DNA from: Acidimicrobiia bacterium
GTDB lineage: Bacteria; Actinomycetota; Acidimicrobiia; Spongiisociales; ZC4RG35
Length of the DNA: 64,000 nt
Reading direction: 5' to 3'
Assembly (NCBI GenBank): GCA_041748855.1
Contig: JBGTCK010000058.1
Location: 22,758 to 86,757 of the forward strand
Shown: piece after piece, positions 36,078-46,371 of the stretch
Layout: each line of letters starts with the position of its first letter
Position numbering within the stretch: the stretch's first letter is position 1
Translations under genes and position numbers: made by a program
Notes under the pieces: model-generated
Told to the model about the DNA's origin: nothing
What the model saw: only the letters and a program-made list of their open reading frames with translations
Database searches by the model: none

Positions 36078-36320
36078 GTGAAGGTTCGGGTCGAGGTGAC
36101 ACGCCGGCCCGAGATCGCCGACCCGCAGGGCACCACTATCAAGAGGGCGCTTCACGATCTAGGGCACACCCACGTCAACGAAGTGAGGGTCAATAGCGTC
36201 TTCCATCTCGAGATCGACGGCGCAGACCCCGACGGTGTACGGAGCAAAGTCGAAGAAATGTGCCGCCAGCTTCTCGCCAACCCGGTGCTCGAAGACTTCG
36301 ACATCGAGCTTCTCCAGTGA
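36078..36320 (+). CDS. purS: FGAM synthase PurS subunit
   Basis: A GTG start gives (M)KVRVEVTRRPEIADPQG, the typical PurS N-terminus (80 aa). TTG 36066 is an alternative start. Confidence 0.85.
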   Translation: MKVRVEVTRRPEIADPQGTTIKRALHDLGHTHVNEVRVNSVFHLEIDGADPDGVRSKVEEMCRQLLANPVLEDFDIELLQ

Positions 36321-36961
36321 CGACCGCAGTCGTCGTGTTCCCCGGCACCAACTGCGAGCACGACGTGGTGAGCGCCATCTCCTCCCTCGGCGGAAATGCC
36401 CGGTTGGTGTGGCACCGGGAGACCGATCTCGATGGCTATGACAGCGTCATCCTCCCCGGCGGATTCGCTCACGGCGACGCCCTCCGCACCGGTGCAATCG
36501 CCCGCTTCTCCCCCATCATGGAACCGGTCGCCCGTTTCGCCCGAGCAGGTAAGCCGGTGGTCGGGATCTGCAACGGGTTCCAGATCCTTTGCGAAGCGGG
36601 CCTCCTTCCCGGCGCGCTCATCGCCAACCGCGACCTTTCGTTCATCTGCCGATATGTCGACGTCGAGGTAACCGACACCGGGACTGTCCTCACCAACAAT
36701 GCCGAACCTGGCCAGAGGCTGCGCATCCCGCTGAATTCATATGAAGGCAACTGGGTCAGCCCCGAAGGTGAGGGACGGGTTGTGGTCAGGTACGTCGACG
36801 ACCCCAACGGCTCGACGGACCGGGCCGCGGCCGTCGCCAACTCAGCCGGGAACGTAGTCGGGATCATGCCCCACCCGGAGCGGGCTACCGATCGTCTCCT
36901 CGGGTCCACCGACGGAAACGTCTTCCTCCGCAGCTTCCTCAGCTCTCTCGTTCCGGCATGA
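36317..36961 (+). CDS. purQ: FGAM synthase glutaminase subunit
   Basis: The GTG overlaps the purS stop (GTGA). The motifs are [12 protein letters not shown], the GICNGFQIL nucleophile elbow and MPHPER. Confidence 0.93.
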   Translation: MTTAVVVFPGTNCEHDVVSAISSLGGNARLVWHRETDLDGYDSVILPGGFAHGDALRTGAIARFSPIMEPVARFARAGKPVVGICNGFQILCEAGLLPGALIANRDLSFICRYVDVEVTDTGTVLTNNAEPGQRLRIPLNSYEGNWVSPEGEGRVVVRYVDDPNGSTDRAAAVANSAGNVVGIMPHPERATDRLLGSTDGNVFLRSFLSSLVPA

Positions 36962-39108
36962 CCGAACAACCCGTACATCGCCTGCTCGGGATGACCGACG
37001 GGGAATACGCGTCCGTCGTCGACATCCTCGATCGTCCACCGATGCCCGCCGAGCTCGCCATGTACTCGGTGATGTGGTCGGAGCACTGCTCGTACAAATC
37101 GTCCCGCAAGCACCTCGGCCGCTTCCCCACCGAGGCTCCCTGGGTTGTCGTCGGCCCCGGCGAGAACGCAGGAGTTGTCGATCTCGGCGACGGCTGGCTG
37201 GCCGCGCTCCGCATCGAATCCCACAACCACCCTTCATTCGTCGAGCCCTACCAGGGTGCGGCCACCGGGGTTGGGGGAATCCTCCGCGATGTGTTCACGA
37301 TGGGAGCCCGCCCTATCGCCCTCTGGGACCAGATTCGCTTCGGACCTCTCGACAACCCAAAGAACCGCTACCTGCTCAACGGTGTTGTCGGAGGAATCGC
37401 AGGCTACGGGAACGCCGTTGGCGTTCCCACCGTGGGCGGTGAGATCGAGTTCGATCCCGGCTACACGGGAAACCCCCTGGTCAACGTGATGTGCCTCGGG
37501 ATCCTGAAGAGGGAGCAACTGGTCCTGGGCACTGCCGGGACTCCGGGCACCATGGCGGTGTTGTTGGGCAAGGCGACCGGCCGGGACGGAATCGGCGGGG
37601 CTTCCGTTCTGGCTTCGGCGTCGTTCGACGAGGAGTCCGGAGCGAAACGGCCCTCGGTGCAGGTAGGTGACCCGTTCGAAGAGAAGAAGCTGATCGAGGC
37701 TTGTCTCGAGCTCTACGACAAAGCGCTGGTAGTCGGCGTGCAGGACCTCGGCGCGGCCGGGCTTTCCTGTGCCACCTCCGAGCCGGCGGGGAGGGCGGGA
37801 GTCGGCATGGAGGTCGATCTCGACCGGGTGCATACCAGGGAGTCGGGAATGACAGCACCGGAGCTGCTGATGTCGGAGTCCCAGGAACGGATGATGGCGT
37901 TTGTCGCACCGGACAAGGTCGAAGAGGTGCTCGCCATCGCCGATAAATGGGAGATCGACTCCGCCGTCGTTGGTGAAGTGAAGGCCGGCGGCACACTGCG
38001 GATCTCTCATCGGGGAGAGGTGGTCGCCGAGCTGCCCGCAGCCACCCTCGCCGACAACGCTCCCCTCTACGACCGGCCCGCGCGACGCCCCGCCTGGCTC
38101 GACGAAGTCCAGGGACGGCCGGGGCCGGACCTGTCCTTCCATGACCCCGCCGACTTGCTGCGAGACCTTCTCGACGATCCGGCAATAGGGTCGTCTGCCT
38201 GGATCCACGAGCAGTACGACCACATGCTCTTCCTCAACACCGTGGTCGGCCCGGGTTCGGACGGCTCCCTGCTTCGGGTCAAAGGGACGGACAAAGGACT
38301 GGCAGTCTCTACCGACGGGAACGGTCGACTCTGCTATCTCGAACCCCGGATCGGGGGTGCACGGCTGGTCTACGAGGCGGCACTCAACGTTGCAGTGACC
38401 GGGGCGCGCCCAATGGCGGTGGTTGACAACCTCAACTTCGGTAACCCGGAGAAGCCGGAGGTCATGTGGCAATTCAAGGAATCCGTCGAGGGAATCTCAC
38501 AGGCATGTGAGGCGCTGGAGATCCCGGTGGTCGGCGGCAACGTCTCGTTCTACAACGAGACCGACGGCGTCGACATCAACCCGACCCCGGTCATCGGGGT
38601 CCTCGGACTTGCCGACCCGATGCCCGGAGACCCGCCCCGGCTCTCCCGGGCAACTGAGGGCATGGAATTGTGGTTGGTCGGCCCGGAGGCATCCGGCAAC
38701 CTTTCCGGGACCGCCGTGCAACGGCTACTCGACGACAAGCCCGGCGGCATCCCCACTGCGCCGGACCCCGCCACCGCACGCCACGTGATCGCCCTGGCCG
38801 CCGACCTCGCCCACACCGCCCCGGTCCTCCACGATATCTCTGACGGCGGCCTGGCGGTGGCAGCAGCCGAGATCAGCATTGCTTCCGGGATTGGAGTCAG
38901 CATCGAGGCGCCGGAAGCAGAGATCTTCTCCGAGGACCCGCACCGGTTCCTGGTCGCTATCGAAGCCGGGGCGAGCAGACCGGCTGCCGAATCCGCCCGA
39001 AAGGTGGGCGTCTTCGGGGGTGACCAGATCGTCCTCAACGGATCGGCGTTGGACGTCGATATCGGAGCATCCACCTATCTCGATGCCCTCCCCCGAAGAA
39101 TGCGATAG
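36958..39108 (+). CDS. purL: FGAM synthase II (PurL)
   Basis: 716 aa with [21 protein letters not shown]. The start overlaps the purQ stop (ATGA). Confidence 0.95.
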   Translation: MTEQPVHRLLGMTDGEYASVVDILDRPPMPAELAMYSVMWSEHCSYKSSRKHLGRFPTEAPWVVVGPGENAGVVDLGDGWLAALRIESHNHPSFVEPYQGAATGVGGILRDVFTMGARPIALWDQIRFGPLDNPKNRYLLNGVVGGIAGYGNAVGVPTVGGEIEFDPGYTGNPLVNVMCLGILKREQLVLGTAGTPGTMAVLLGKATGRDGIGGASVLASASFDEESGAKRPSVQVGDPFEEKKLIEACLELYDKALVVGVQDLGAAGLSCATSEPAGRAGVGMEVDLDRVHTRESGMTAPELLMSESQERMMAFVAPDKVEEVLAIADKWEIDSAVVGEVKAGGTLRISHRGEVVAELPAATLADNAPLYDRPARRPAWLDEVQGRPGPDLSFHDPADLLRDLLDDPAIGSSAWIHEQYDHMLFLNTVVGPGSDGSLLRVKGTDKGLAVSTDGNGRLCYLEPRIGGARLVYEAALNVAVTGARPMAVVDNLNFGNPEKPEVMWQFKESVEGISQACEALEIPVVGGNVSFYNETDGVDINPTPVIGVLGLADPMPGDPPRLSRATEGMELWLVGPEASGNLSGTAVQRLLDDKPGGIPTAPDPATARHVIALAADLAHTAPVLHDISDGGLAVAAAEISIASGIGVSIEAPEAEIFSEDPHRFLVAIEAGASRPAAESARKVGVFGGDQIVLNGSALDVDIGASTYLDALPRRMR

Positions 39109-39491
39109 CGCTCCGGGGCTCGGAGAGCACCTTCGCGAAGCATCCAGTACTCGTACAGGTGGGAGCAGAGGCTTCCGGTGAATTCGAGGATCAAGGCGCC
39201 GGAATCGGTCGTGACAGACTTTCCTCTCTTCACCACCGCCCACCACTCCACAGCCACCCTGTCCCCGTCGATCAGCGGCGAGGAGAAGTCGACCGCGGCT
39301 TCATCCACGCCGACCAATTCTTTCCGCCAACGAGAAACGACGAGGTGACGGCCGACGAGTGTTTCCTCGAACGGAGATGTCTGGTAGACGACGGTTCGGG
39401 TGAACATCCTTCCGATGGCAACAGCCTCGCCTGCTGACCATGCTCTGCCCAATTCTTCGATCCAGGCGTCCACACCGCTGCGATCGATCAT
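39075..39491 (-). CDS. NTF2/SnoaL-like fold protein
   Basis: 138 aa with an alternating pattern ending ...[11 protein letters not shown]...LILEF.... The start overlaps the QueA-like stop (ATGA). The 3' end overlaps the purL 3' end by 34 nt. Confidence 0.55.
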   Translation of the reverse strand: MIDRSGVDAWIEELGRAWSAGEAVAIGRMFTRTVVYQTSPFEETLVGRHLVVSRWRKELVGVDEAAVDFSSPLIDGDRVAVEWWAVVKRGKSVTTDSGALILEFTGSLCSHLYEYWMLREGALRAPERYRILRGRASR

Positions 39492-40537
39492 CGCCGGAGG
39501 AGGAGAAGGCTATCCCCGAACTCATGCCACAGGTAACCGTGTTCGAGAGCTGCTCGATAGCTGTCGGTGAGAACGGCCCTCCCCGCCATCGCTTCCAGCA
39601 TGGCCAGATGTGTGGACCTCGGTTCATGCCATCCCGTGATCAGCCCATCGACCGCCTTCATGCTGTGGTCGGGCGCGACAACCAGGTCGCTCCATGACTT
39701 CATGGGATGGACAGCGCCGTGTCGGTCCGCTGAGGTCTCCAGAGCGCGAACGACGGTCGTTCCCACCGCCACCACCCTGCCGGAGCGACTTCTCGTGTGG
39801 TTGACCAGGGCGGCCGTTGCCTCCGGCACCTCGAACCACTCCGGGTAGGGAGACTCACCCGCCTCCAGAGACGAGACTCCTGTGTGAAGAGTCACCGGAG
39901 CCAACCCAATACCGGCTCTCACCAGGGCGGACACCACCCGCTCGCTGAACGGTCTCCCGGCGCTGGGCATCTCCGCCGACCCGGGAACGGTGGCGAACAC
40001 GGTCTGGTAGGCGTCGATCGGATAGCTGTCATCCACGTAGCTGTAGCGAATGGGACGGCCCCATCGGCGCAGGTAGTCGTGGAGCGAAGCTTCGAACTGG
40101 AACGCCGCCAGCCAGAGGCGGCGATTGTTCGAGCTGAGTGGATATGGGGAGAAGAGTTCGACGGAGGCGGCACCGGGCAGCCTGATTGGGCCGGGGCCGG
40201 CGGTTTGGAGGGGGACCGAAGCGACTCCCTCTGGCAACCTGGGCTCCACTACCACCAATCCCCCTGGTTGGACGGTGGAAAAGTGGATGGCCAGCGAGTC
40301 GTCGACAAGGACAGCGGCGGGAAGCGTGGCGGAGTTGTTGAATACCACCAGATCGCCCGGGTCGAGAAGGGACGCAAGGCCGGTGAACCGCCCGTGGGCG
40401 ATTCCATCGTTGCTCGCGACCATCAGCCGCACCCTGTCGCGCTCGAGGGTCCTTGACTCAGGCGGACCGGGTGCCTCCAGCTCGCTCGGGACCACGAAGT
40501 CGTCGAGCAAACTCGCAGATTCCTGCGTGAGGGTCAT
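39488..40537 (-). CDS. QueA-family (S-adenosylmethionine:tRNA ribosyltransferase-isomerase-like) protein
   Basis: 349 aa. The motifs YQTVFATVPGSAEMPSAGRPF, TLHTGVSS, VGTTVVRALE and GLITGWHEPRSTHLAMLEA parallel canonical QueA motifs but are divergent. Confidence 0.75.
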   Translation of the reverse strand: MTLTQESASLLDDFVVPSELEAPGPPESRTLERDRVRLMVASNDGIAHGRFTGLASLLDPGDLVVFNNSATLPAAVLVDDSLAIHFSTVQPGGLVVVEPRLPEGVASVPLQTAGPGPIRLPGAASVELFSPYPLSSNNRRLWLAAFQFEASLHDYLRRWGRPIRYSYVDDSYPIDAYQTVFATVPGSAEMPSAGRPFSERVVSALVRAGIGLAPVTLHTGVSSLEAGESPYPEWFEVPEATAALVNHTRSRSGRVVAVGTTVVRALETSADRHGAVHPMKSWSDLVVAPDHSMKAVDGLITGWHEPRSTHLAMLEAMAGRAVLTDSYRAALEHGYLWHEFGDSLLLLRR

Positions 40538-41241
40538 GCTCCAACCTTGTCGTCGAGCAAGCTCGATGCGGTGTAGCGACCGCCGGGAAGGTTGCGCTCC
40601 AGGAGATCGATCAATGCCGGGACTCTTGTCGCCGGAAGCGGACGGTCGGAAATGTCTTCGCCAGGAAAGGCCTCCTGATGCATTCGCGTCCGCATATCGC
40701 CCGGGTCGAACCAGTAAACGGTGAGGTCGGGCTCTTCGGCATCAAGGACCGACGAGGCCTGTTCCAGAGCTGCCTTTGATGCGCCATAGCCGCCCCAACC
40801 TTCGTAGGGCTCCACTGCAGCGTCGGAGGTGATATTGACGATGGTTCCTCGCCTGGCCCGGAGGTGAGGGAGCGCCAGCTGGATGAGAGAAATCGGGGCC
40901 AGGACATTCACCCGGAAGACTTCATCCAAAATCTCGATCGGATACTCACCCAGACCCGGCTGCGGGCTGGGACCGAGGATGGAGGCATTGTTGACCAGCA
41001 GTTCGAAGTCGCCACTGTCGACCGCAGCGTCGACAAGGTGACTGGCGTGAAGGCGATCGCTGACATCACCGACCACGAACACCACCCGGCCCGGTCCGAG
41101 ACGGTCGAGCCCGGCAGCCGCGATTGCCAGACCAGTTCCGTCCCGGGCGTCGACAACCAGGTTCCAGCCCTGCCGGGCCAGGGCCGCTGCCAGCTCAAAT
41201 CCGAAGCCCCGGGATGCCCCGGTGACGATTGCAGTACTCAT
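40534..41241 (-). CDS. Short-chain dehydrogenase/reductase
   Basis: The start is taken at [14 protein letters not shown] (the TGxxxGxG motif). The stop overlaps the QueA-like start (ATGA). Confidence 0.85.
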   Translation of the reverse strand: MSTAIVTGASRGFGFELAAALARQGWNLVVDARDGTGLAIAAAGLDRLGPGRVVFVVGDVSDRLHASHLVDAAVDSGDFELLVNNASILGPSPQPGLGEYPIEILDEVFRVNVLAPISLIQLALPHLRARRGTIVNITSDAAVEPYEGWGGYGASKAALEQASSVLDAEEPDLTVYWFDPGDMRTRMHQEAFPGEDISDRPLPATRVPALIDLLERNLPGGRYTASSLLDDKVGA

Positions 41242-41304
41242 AGGAATCTCCTTTCTGATGAGACTCCTGTCAACGTACAACTTGAAGTTAGGTTGAAGTC
41301 AAGG

Positions 41305-41470
41305 TCTCTTGCTACGCAAGAGATTCGAGTTTGCTCGGGCAAAACTCGTGCGCCTGCTGCTGCGCCTTGCTTCGCAGGGCGTTTGAGATTTTCGGCTCGG
41401 CCGAAAGCTCATGCCCCTCTTAGCGCGCCTTGCTGCGCAGGAGGATTGAGATTTTTGCTCCGCAAAACTC
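41305..41470 (+). repeat. Three tandem ~59-65-nt units, each with two hairpins (CTTGC-N3-GCARG, then GAG(A)TTT..GC-loop-GC..AAACTC)
   Basis: By hand alignment the units start at ~41305, ~41364 and ~41428. The stems are kept while their sequences differ. The array lies in the divergent SDR/pfk spacer. Confidence 0.7.
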
Positions 41471-41520
41471 AGCCAGGGCGTCGGGGTTTGGGTGGGGGTT
41501 TGAGGCTCTACCATCGGCTC

Positions 41521-42642
41521 GTGGCCAAAAAGATCGGGATACTTACTGCCGGGGGGGATAGCCCGGGGTTGAATGCTGCGATTCGCGCGGTGGGGAAAGC
41601 GGCGATCCGGGCGCATGGGATGACCGTCATTGGTTTCAAAGACGGCTTCCGCGGGCTCATGGAGAATCGCTATATCCAGCTCGAGTCGGATGATCTTTCC
41701 GGCATTCTCACCCGGGGCGGCACTGTCCTCGGGACCAGTCGCACCAACTGCACCAAGGTCGAAATGCCCGACGGCACCGTCATTGACGGTCGCACCGAGA
41801 TGGCTCGGGTCATCGAAGAGCACCAAATCGACGCCCTGGTCTGTCTCGGCGGCGACGGCACTGCCAAGAATGCGATCAAACTGGAGAGCGTCGGCGTTCA
41901 GGTGCTCACCCTTCCCAAGACCATCGACAACGATGTGGTCGGCACCGATGTGACTTTCGGATTCGACACCGCAGTGAATATCGCCACGGAGGCAATCGAC
42001 CGACTCCACTCGACCGCCCACTCCCACCACCGGATCATGGTTGTCGAGTTGATGGGTCACACCGTTGGCTGGCTGGCTCTCGGAGCAGGCCTCGCCGGCG
42101 GGGCGGATGTGATCCTCATCCCCGAAATCCCCCACGATGTCGACACGGTGGCCAAATCGATCGTTGCGCGCAAGGAGGCGGGGAGCACCTTCTCGATCGC
42201 CGCGGTCGCCGAGGGTGCAATCAGCGCAGAAAACGCGGCGAAACGCGCAGAGATGGTCCCCGAGAAAGCGAAGGCAACCGGGGAGCGCAAGGCAACCCTC
42301 AAGAGGGCCCTGGTCGAATTCGACAAGGCCAACGTCGGAGGGACCAGCGATCTCGCCAAAAAACTGAGTGACCTGACCGGCCTCGAGTCGCGCCTGACCA
42401 TCCTGGGCCATGTCCAGCGAGGAGGTACCCCGACACCCGCAGACCGGCTGCTGGCCACCCGGCTGGGGACGGCATGTGCGGATTTCATCGCCGCAGGCAT
42501 TCACGGAGTGATGATTGCCGCGCGGGGACAGGACACCATCGCCGTCCCACTCGATGAGGTCGCGGGACAAACGAGGGCGGTGCCGGTCGACCACTCATGG
42601 GTGCTGTCGGCACGCCGCCTAGGAATCTCGTTGGGCGATTGA
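41521..42642 (+). CDS. pfkA: ATP-dependent 6-phosphofructokinase
   Basis: A GTG start gives (M)[21 protein letters not shown] (the ORF track starts at 40864, inside the spacer and the SDR antisense). The motifs GGDGT and PKTIDND are present. Confidence 0.9.
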   Translation: MAKKIGILTAGGDSPGLNAAIRAVGKAAIRAHGMTVIGFKDGFRGLMENRYIQLESDDLSGILTRGGTVLGTSRTNCTKVEMPDGTVIDGRTEMARVIEEHQIDALVCLGGDGTAKNAIKLESVGVQVLTLPKTIDNDVVGTDVTFGFDTAVNIATEAIDRLHSTAHSHHRIMVVELMGHTVGWLALGAGLAGGADVILIPEIPHDVDTVAKSIVARKEAGSTFSIAAVAEGAISAENAAKRAEMVPEKAKATGERKATLKRALVEFDKANVGGTSDLAKKLSDLTGLESRLTILGHVQRGGTPTPADRLLATRLGTACADFIAAGIHGVMIAARGQDTIAVPLDEVAGQTRAVPVDHSWVLSARRLGISLGD

Positions 42643-44957
42643 GCACACTCAATAGGGTCGCGATCGTTGGGGGAGGCCCGGCAGGGCTCTACCTATCGAT
42701 TCTGCTCAAGAAGAACGCACCGTACATCACCGTCGACCTCTACGAGCGCAACACCCCCGGTGACGCCTTCGGGTTCGGTGTGGTGTTTTCCGACGAGACG
42801 CTGGAGAACATCGAAGCTGCCGACCAAGACTTCTACCGCTCGCTCACCGCGACGTTCCGCCATTGGGGTGACATCGAAGTGCGGCACTTCAGCGGGCGGG
42901 TGATCCGCTCCGGTGGCCACGGTTTCGCGGCTGTAGGGCGACGCACCATGCTCGAGCTATTGACCGCTCGGGCGAGACAAGTCGGGACCAACCTCCATTT
43001 CTCGGCTGAAGTCGGCGGCCTCGAGTCGCTCGGGGATGCCGATGTGATTGTCGGAGCCGACGGCGCCCACAGCATGACCCGAAACCTGTTCCCGGAGGCG
43101 TTTGGACCTTCGGTCGATCTCCGGCACAACAAATACATCTGGTTCGGGACCGATCGGGTCTTCGAGGACTTCACCTTCATCTTCGAAGACACGGCTCCGG
43201 GGATGGTCTGGGCACATGTCTACCCCTACTCGGCTGACGCCAGCACCTTCATCGTCGAAATGGCACCCTCCACCTGGGGAGAGCTTGGCCTCGACGCCAA
43301 CGAGAGTCGCGACTGGGGCCCTCAGGAGAGCGACGAGTTGGCGTTGGAGAAATGCGAGGAGTTGTTCGCCGCCCATCTGAACGGTGCCCGCCTCGTTGGA
43401 AACAAATCACGATGGCTCCAGTTCCCCACCATCGAATGTGAGACCTGGTCGCATGAGAACATCGTCCTCATGGGCGACGCAGTGCACACCGCCCACTTCT
43501 CGATCGGGTCAGGAACCAAGCTAGCTCTGGAGGACGCGATTTCACTTGCCGGCCACCTCCTCGCCGACCAACCAGTTGCCGACGCGCTATTGGCCTACGA
43601 GGACGAGCGACGACCGGTGGTCGAGAGCACGCAGCGTGCGGCCAAGGCCAGCCTGCAATGGTTTGAAGGGGCCGACAGGTACCGGGAGATGGAGCCGGAG
43701 CAGTTCGCCTTCTCGATGCTGACCCGGAGCCAGCGGGTCACATACGACAACCTCCGTCTCCGCGATCCCGCCTATATGAACGAAGTCGACCGCTGGTATG
43801 CCAGTTCCGACCACGGCTCTCCGGTGCCGACACCGCCGGAAGTGCCTCCGATGTTCCATCCGTTCCAGCTCCGGGAACTGATCCTGGCCAACCGGATCGT
43901 GGTGTCCCCGATGGACCAGTACAGCGCTGCCGACGGGATGCCCAACGATTGGCATCTCGTTCACCTCGGCAGTCGCGCGGTGGGCGGGGCCGGGCTGGTG
44001 ATGACTGAGATGGTGTGTGTCTCCCCGGAAGGACGGATCAGCCCCGGATGTACCGGCATCTGGACACAGGACCAGGCCGCCTACTGGTCGAAAATCGTCG
44101 ACTTCGTCCACAGCAACACCAACGCTGCGTTCGGGCTTCAGATTGGCCACTCAGGTCGCAAGGGCTCCACGAAGCTGATGTGGGAGGGTGACAGCGAACC
44201 GCTGGATTCGGGAAACTGGGAGATCATTGGCCCCTCCCCGATCAGGTATCGGGCAGACAGCCAGGTACCGCGGGAAATGGACCGCAAGGACATGACACGT
44301 GTCATCGAAGAGCATGTGATTGCGGCACGACGCGGGGCGGAAGCCGGCTTCGACCTGCTCGAACTCCACTACGCGCATGGTTACCTCCTTTCCAGCTTTC
44401 TCACTCCACTGGCGAACAAACGAAACGACGAATACGGCGGCTCTCCGGAGAACCGGATGCGCTTTCCGCTCGAGCTCTTCGACGCGGTCCGCAACGTGTG
44501 GCCGGATGACCGGCCGATGTCGGTGCGGATCTCGGCAACCGACTGGGTCGAGGGAGGGTTCGACGGTGACGACGCCGTCGCCCTATCCACCGCCCTCAAG
44601 GAGCATGGTTGCGACATCATCGACGTTTCCACCGGCCAGACCAGCATCGAAGCCCGGCCCGAGTATGGACGGCTCTATCAGACACCGTTCTCCGACCGCA
44701 TCCGGAACGAATCCGGCATCCCCACCATGACCGTGGGAGCGGTTTCGAGTATCGACGACGTGCACAACATCCTGGTGGCCGGGCGGGCAGACCTCTGCTT
44801 GCTCGCCAGGCCACACCTCGTCGACCCCTACTGGACTATGAACGCAGCGATCGACCTCGGCTACACCGGCCACGAGTTCCCTGATCAATACCTCACCGGG
44901 TTGCGAGCAAGACGGCGGGAACAGGATCCGATCGCCCCGGACGTGTTCAGGCGCTGA
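42639..44957 (+). CDS. Two-domain flavoprotein: FAD monooxygenase + Old-Yellow-Enzyme-type oxidoreductase (salicylyl-CoA 5-hydroxylase-like)
   Basis: The Rossmann motif [12 protein letters not shown] lies near the N-terminus, and the C-terminal half has ...[26 protein letters not shown] (OYE). The TTG start overlaps the pfk stop (TTGA). The ORF-track start at 42597 is the alternative. Confidence 0.8.
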   Translation: MSTLNRVAIVGGGPAGLYLSILLKKNAPYITVDLYERNTPGDAFGFGVVFSDETLENIEAADQDFYRSLTATFRHWGDIEVRHFSGRVIRSGGHGFAAVGRRTMLELLTARARQVGTNLHFSAEVGGLESLGDADVIVGADGAHSMTRNLFPEAFGPSVDLRHNKYIWFGTDRVFEDFTFIFEDTAPGMVWAHVYPYSADASTFIVEMAPSTWGELGLDANESRDWGPQESDELALEKCEELFAAHLNGARLVGNKSRWLQFPTIECETWSHENIVLMGDAVHTAHFSIGSGTKLALEDAISLAGHLLADQPVADALLAYEDERRPVVESTQRAAKASLQWFEGADRYREMEPEQFAFSMLTRSQRVTYDNLRLRDPAYMNEVDRWYASSDHGSPVPTPPEVPPMFHPFQLRELILANRIVVSPMDQYSAADGMPNDWHLVHLGSRAVGGAGLVMTEMVCVSPEGRISPGCTGIWTQDQAAYWSKIVDFVHSNTNAAFGLQIGHSGRKGSTKLMWEGDSEPLDSGNWEIIGPSPIRYRADSQVPREMDRKDMTRVIEEHVIAARRGAEAGFDLLELHYAHGYLLSSFLTPLANKRNDEYGGSPENRMRFPLELFDAVRNVWPDDRPMSVRISATDWVEGGFDGDDAVALSTALKEHGCDIIDVSTGQTSIEARPEYGRLYQTPFSDRIRNESGIPTMTVGAVSSIDDVHNILVAGRADLCLLARPHLVDPYWTMNAAIDLGYTGHEFPDQYLTGLRARRREQDPIAPDVFRR

Positions 44958-44972
44958 TTGCGGCGAATGGGA

Positions 44973-46208
44973 TCAACCTGCCAGGGAGGCGAGGCGTGAG
45001 GCGAGAAAGCGACGCTCTGTTTCGTTGTCGACGAGTTCGAGAGCCCGCCTGTACTCGCCTGCCGCTTCCCCCGGCCGCCCCGCCGCATCGAGAAAGTGGC
45101 CCCGTGCGGTGTGGAGCCCGTGATAGCCATCGAGAACATCACCCAACTCCCCGATCGCCTCGAGGGCCCGATCCGGCCCGTGCGCCTCGCCGATTGCCAC
45201 AGCGCGGTTGAGCCGCACCACCGGAGATGGATACCTGGCGGCGAAGCGATCGTAGAGACCGGCGATGGCCTGCCAGTCGGTTTCCGCCGCTCCCGCGGTG
45301 TGGTGTGCGGCGATCTCGGCCTGGAGCAGAAAGATGCCGGGTTCGACCGTTCTTCTCGCCCGCTTCAGCGCCACGAAACCCCTGGCGATCATGTCATGAT
45401 CCCAGCGCGACCGGTCCTGGTCGCGTAGGAGCACCAGCTCCCCGGCCGCATCGACCCTGGCCTGCCTGCGACTGTGCTGGAACAACATCAGAGCACACAA
45501 AGCGTGGACTTCTGACTCATCCGGCATCAGCTCTGCCATGACCTGGCCCAACTCGATTGCCTTGGCGCCGAGCTCCTCACGGATCAGTTCGGCACCGGAG
45601 GAGGCGAGATATCCCTCGTTGAAGATCAGATAGATCACCGAAAGGACCTCGGTGGTGCGGCCCACCAATTCATGCCCCTCGGGGACTTTGAACGGAATCC
45701 CCGCATCGCGGATCTTGGCTTTTGCCCGCACCAGGCGCTGGGCCATCGCCGGCTCTGCGACCAGGAACGCTCTCGCGATCTCCCCGGTGGTCAGGCCGCC
45801 TACCGTCCGCAGAGTGAGGGCGATCTGCTTATCGGAGTCGAGCGCCGGGTGACAGCAGGCGAAGATCATCTCCAACCTGTCGTCCGAGAGCTCATCGGTG
45901 TCAGCGATATCCGGCATCTCCCCGCTCCTCTCCACTTCCTGATAACCGGCCAGGACCTGATGCTTTCGAGCGAGGTTTTCCCGACGTCGGATTCGATCGA
46001 TCGACTTGCGCCGCGCCACCGTCGAAACCCAGCCGGGAGGATTGTCCGGGATTCCGCGGCGCGCCCAGTCGATGAGGGCTTGGGCAAGTGCGTCCTGAAC
46101 GGCTTCCTCAGCGAGATCGATGTCGCGGGAAAGGCGAGCGACCGACGCAAGCACCACCGGGTACGACTCCCGGAACACCTGCTCCACAACGGTCTCGACT
46201 TCGCTCAC
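44973..46208 (-). CDS. ECF sigma factor with a long helical-repeat C-terminal extension (ECF42-like)
   Basis: 411 aa. Region 2 reads [18 protein letters not shown]...[16 protein letters not shown]. Region 4 reads [34 protein letters not shown] ~200-aa extension follows. Confidence 0.85.
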   Translation of the reverse strand: MSEVETVVEQVFRESYPVVLASVARLSRDIDLAEEAVQDALAQALIDWARRGIPDNPPGWVSTVARRKSIDRIRRRENLARKHQVLAGYQEVERSGEMPDIADTDELSDDRLEMIFACCHPALDSDKQIALTLRTVGGLTTGEIARAFLVAEPAMAQRLVRAKAKIRDAGIPFKVPEGHELVGRTTEVLSVIYLIFNEGYLASSGAELIREELGAKAIELGQVMAELMPDESEVHALCALMLFQHSRRQARVDAAGELVLLRDQDRSRWDHDMIARGFVALKRARRTVEPGIFLLQAEIAAHHTAGAAETDWQAIAGLYDRFAARYPSPVVRLNRAVAIGEAHGPDRALEAIGELGDVLDGYHGLHTARGHFLDAAGRPGEAAGEYRRALELVDNETERRFLASRLASLAG

Positions 46209-46371
46209 TACAGCTCCCGATGGTCGGCATGTTCGTCAATTTCCACCATTTCGTAGCTCCTTGTCGAACGGGAAAGGCTCGAATCAACAATCTATCTCGG
46301 CCCAACCCTTGCGAATCGACTGAAACACTCACTAGCTGTGGAATAGGGGCGATGACCGGTAGCATGCGTTT

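Noticed and set aside
39075-39108. The 34-nt convergent overlap of the purL and NTF2-like gene 3' ends as a regulatory antisense feature.
   Set aside because: Short convergent overlaps are common in compact high-GC genomes, and the NTF2-like stop position is simply the first in-frame stop. There is no independent evidence of function.
41305-41470. Possible CRISPR array, because of regularly spaced repeats.
   Set aside because: There are only three units, the units are imperfect and contiguous (no unique spacers), each is an internal double hairpin, and no cas genes are present.
41474-41500. G-quadruplex motif GGG-cgtc-GGGG-ttt-GGG-t-GGGGG about 20 nt upstream of the pfk start.
   Set aside because: Four G-runs are expected by chance quite often in >60% GC DNA, and I have no supporting evidence. 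It is only worth revisiting if the leader proves regulatory.
46209-46371. Search for purine/ZTP-type riboswitches or a shared PurR-like box in the pur leaders (also 2632-2914, 6728-6802, 29501-29628, 34987-35026).
   Set aside because: I could not find the conserved ZTP (pfl) or purine-riboswitch cores, or any motif shared by the five leaders, by eye. An Infernal/Rfam scan would be decisive.
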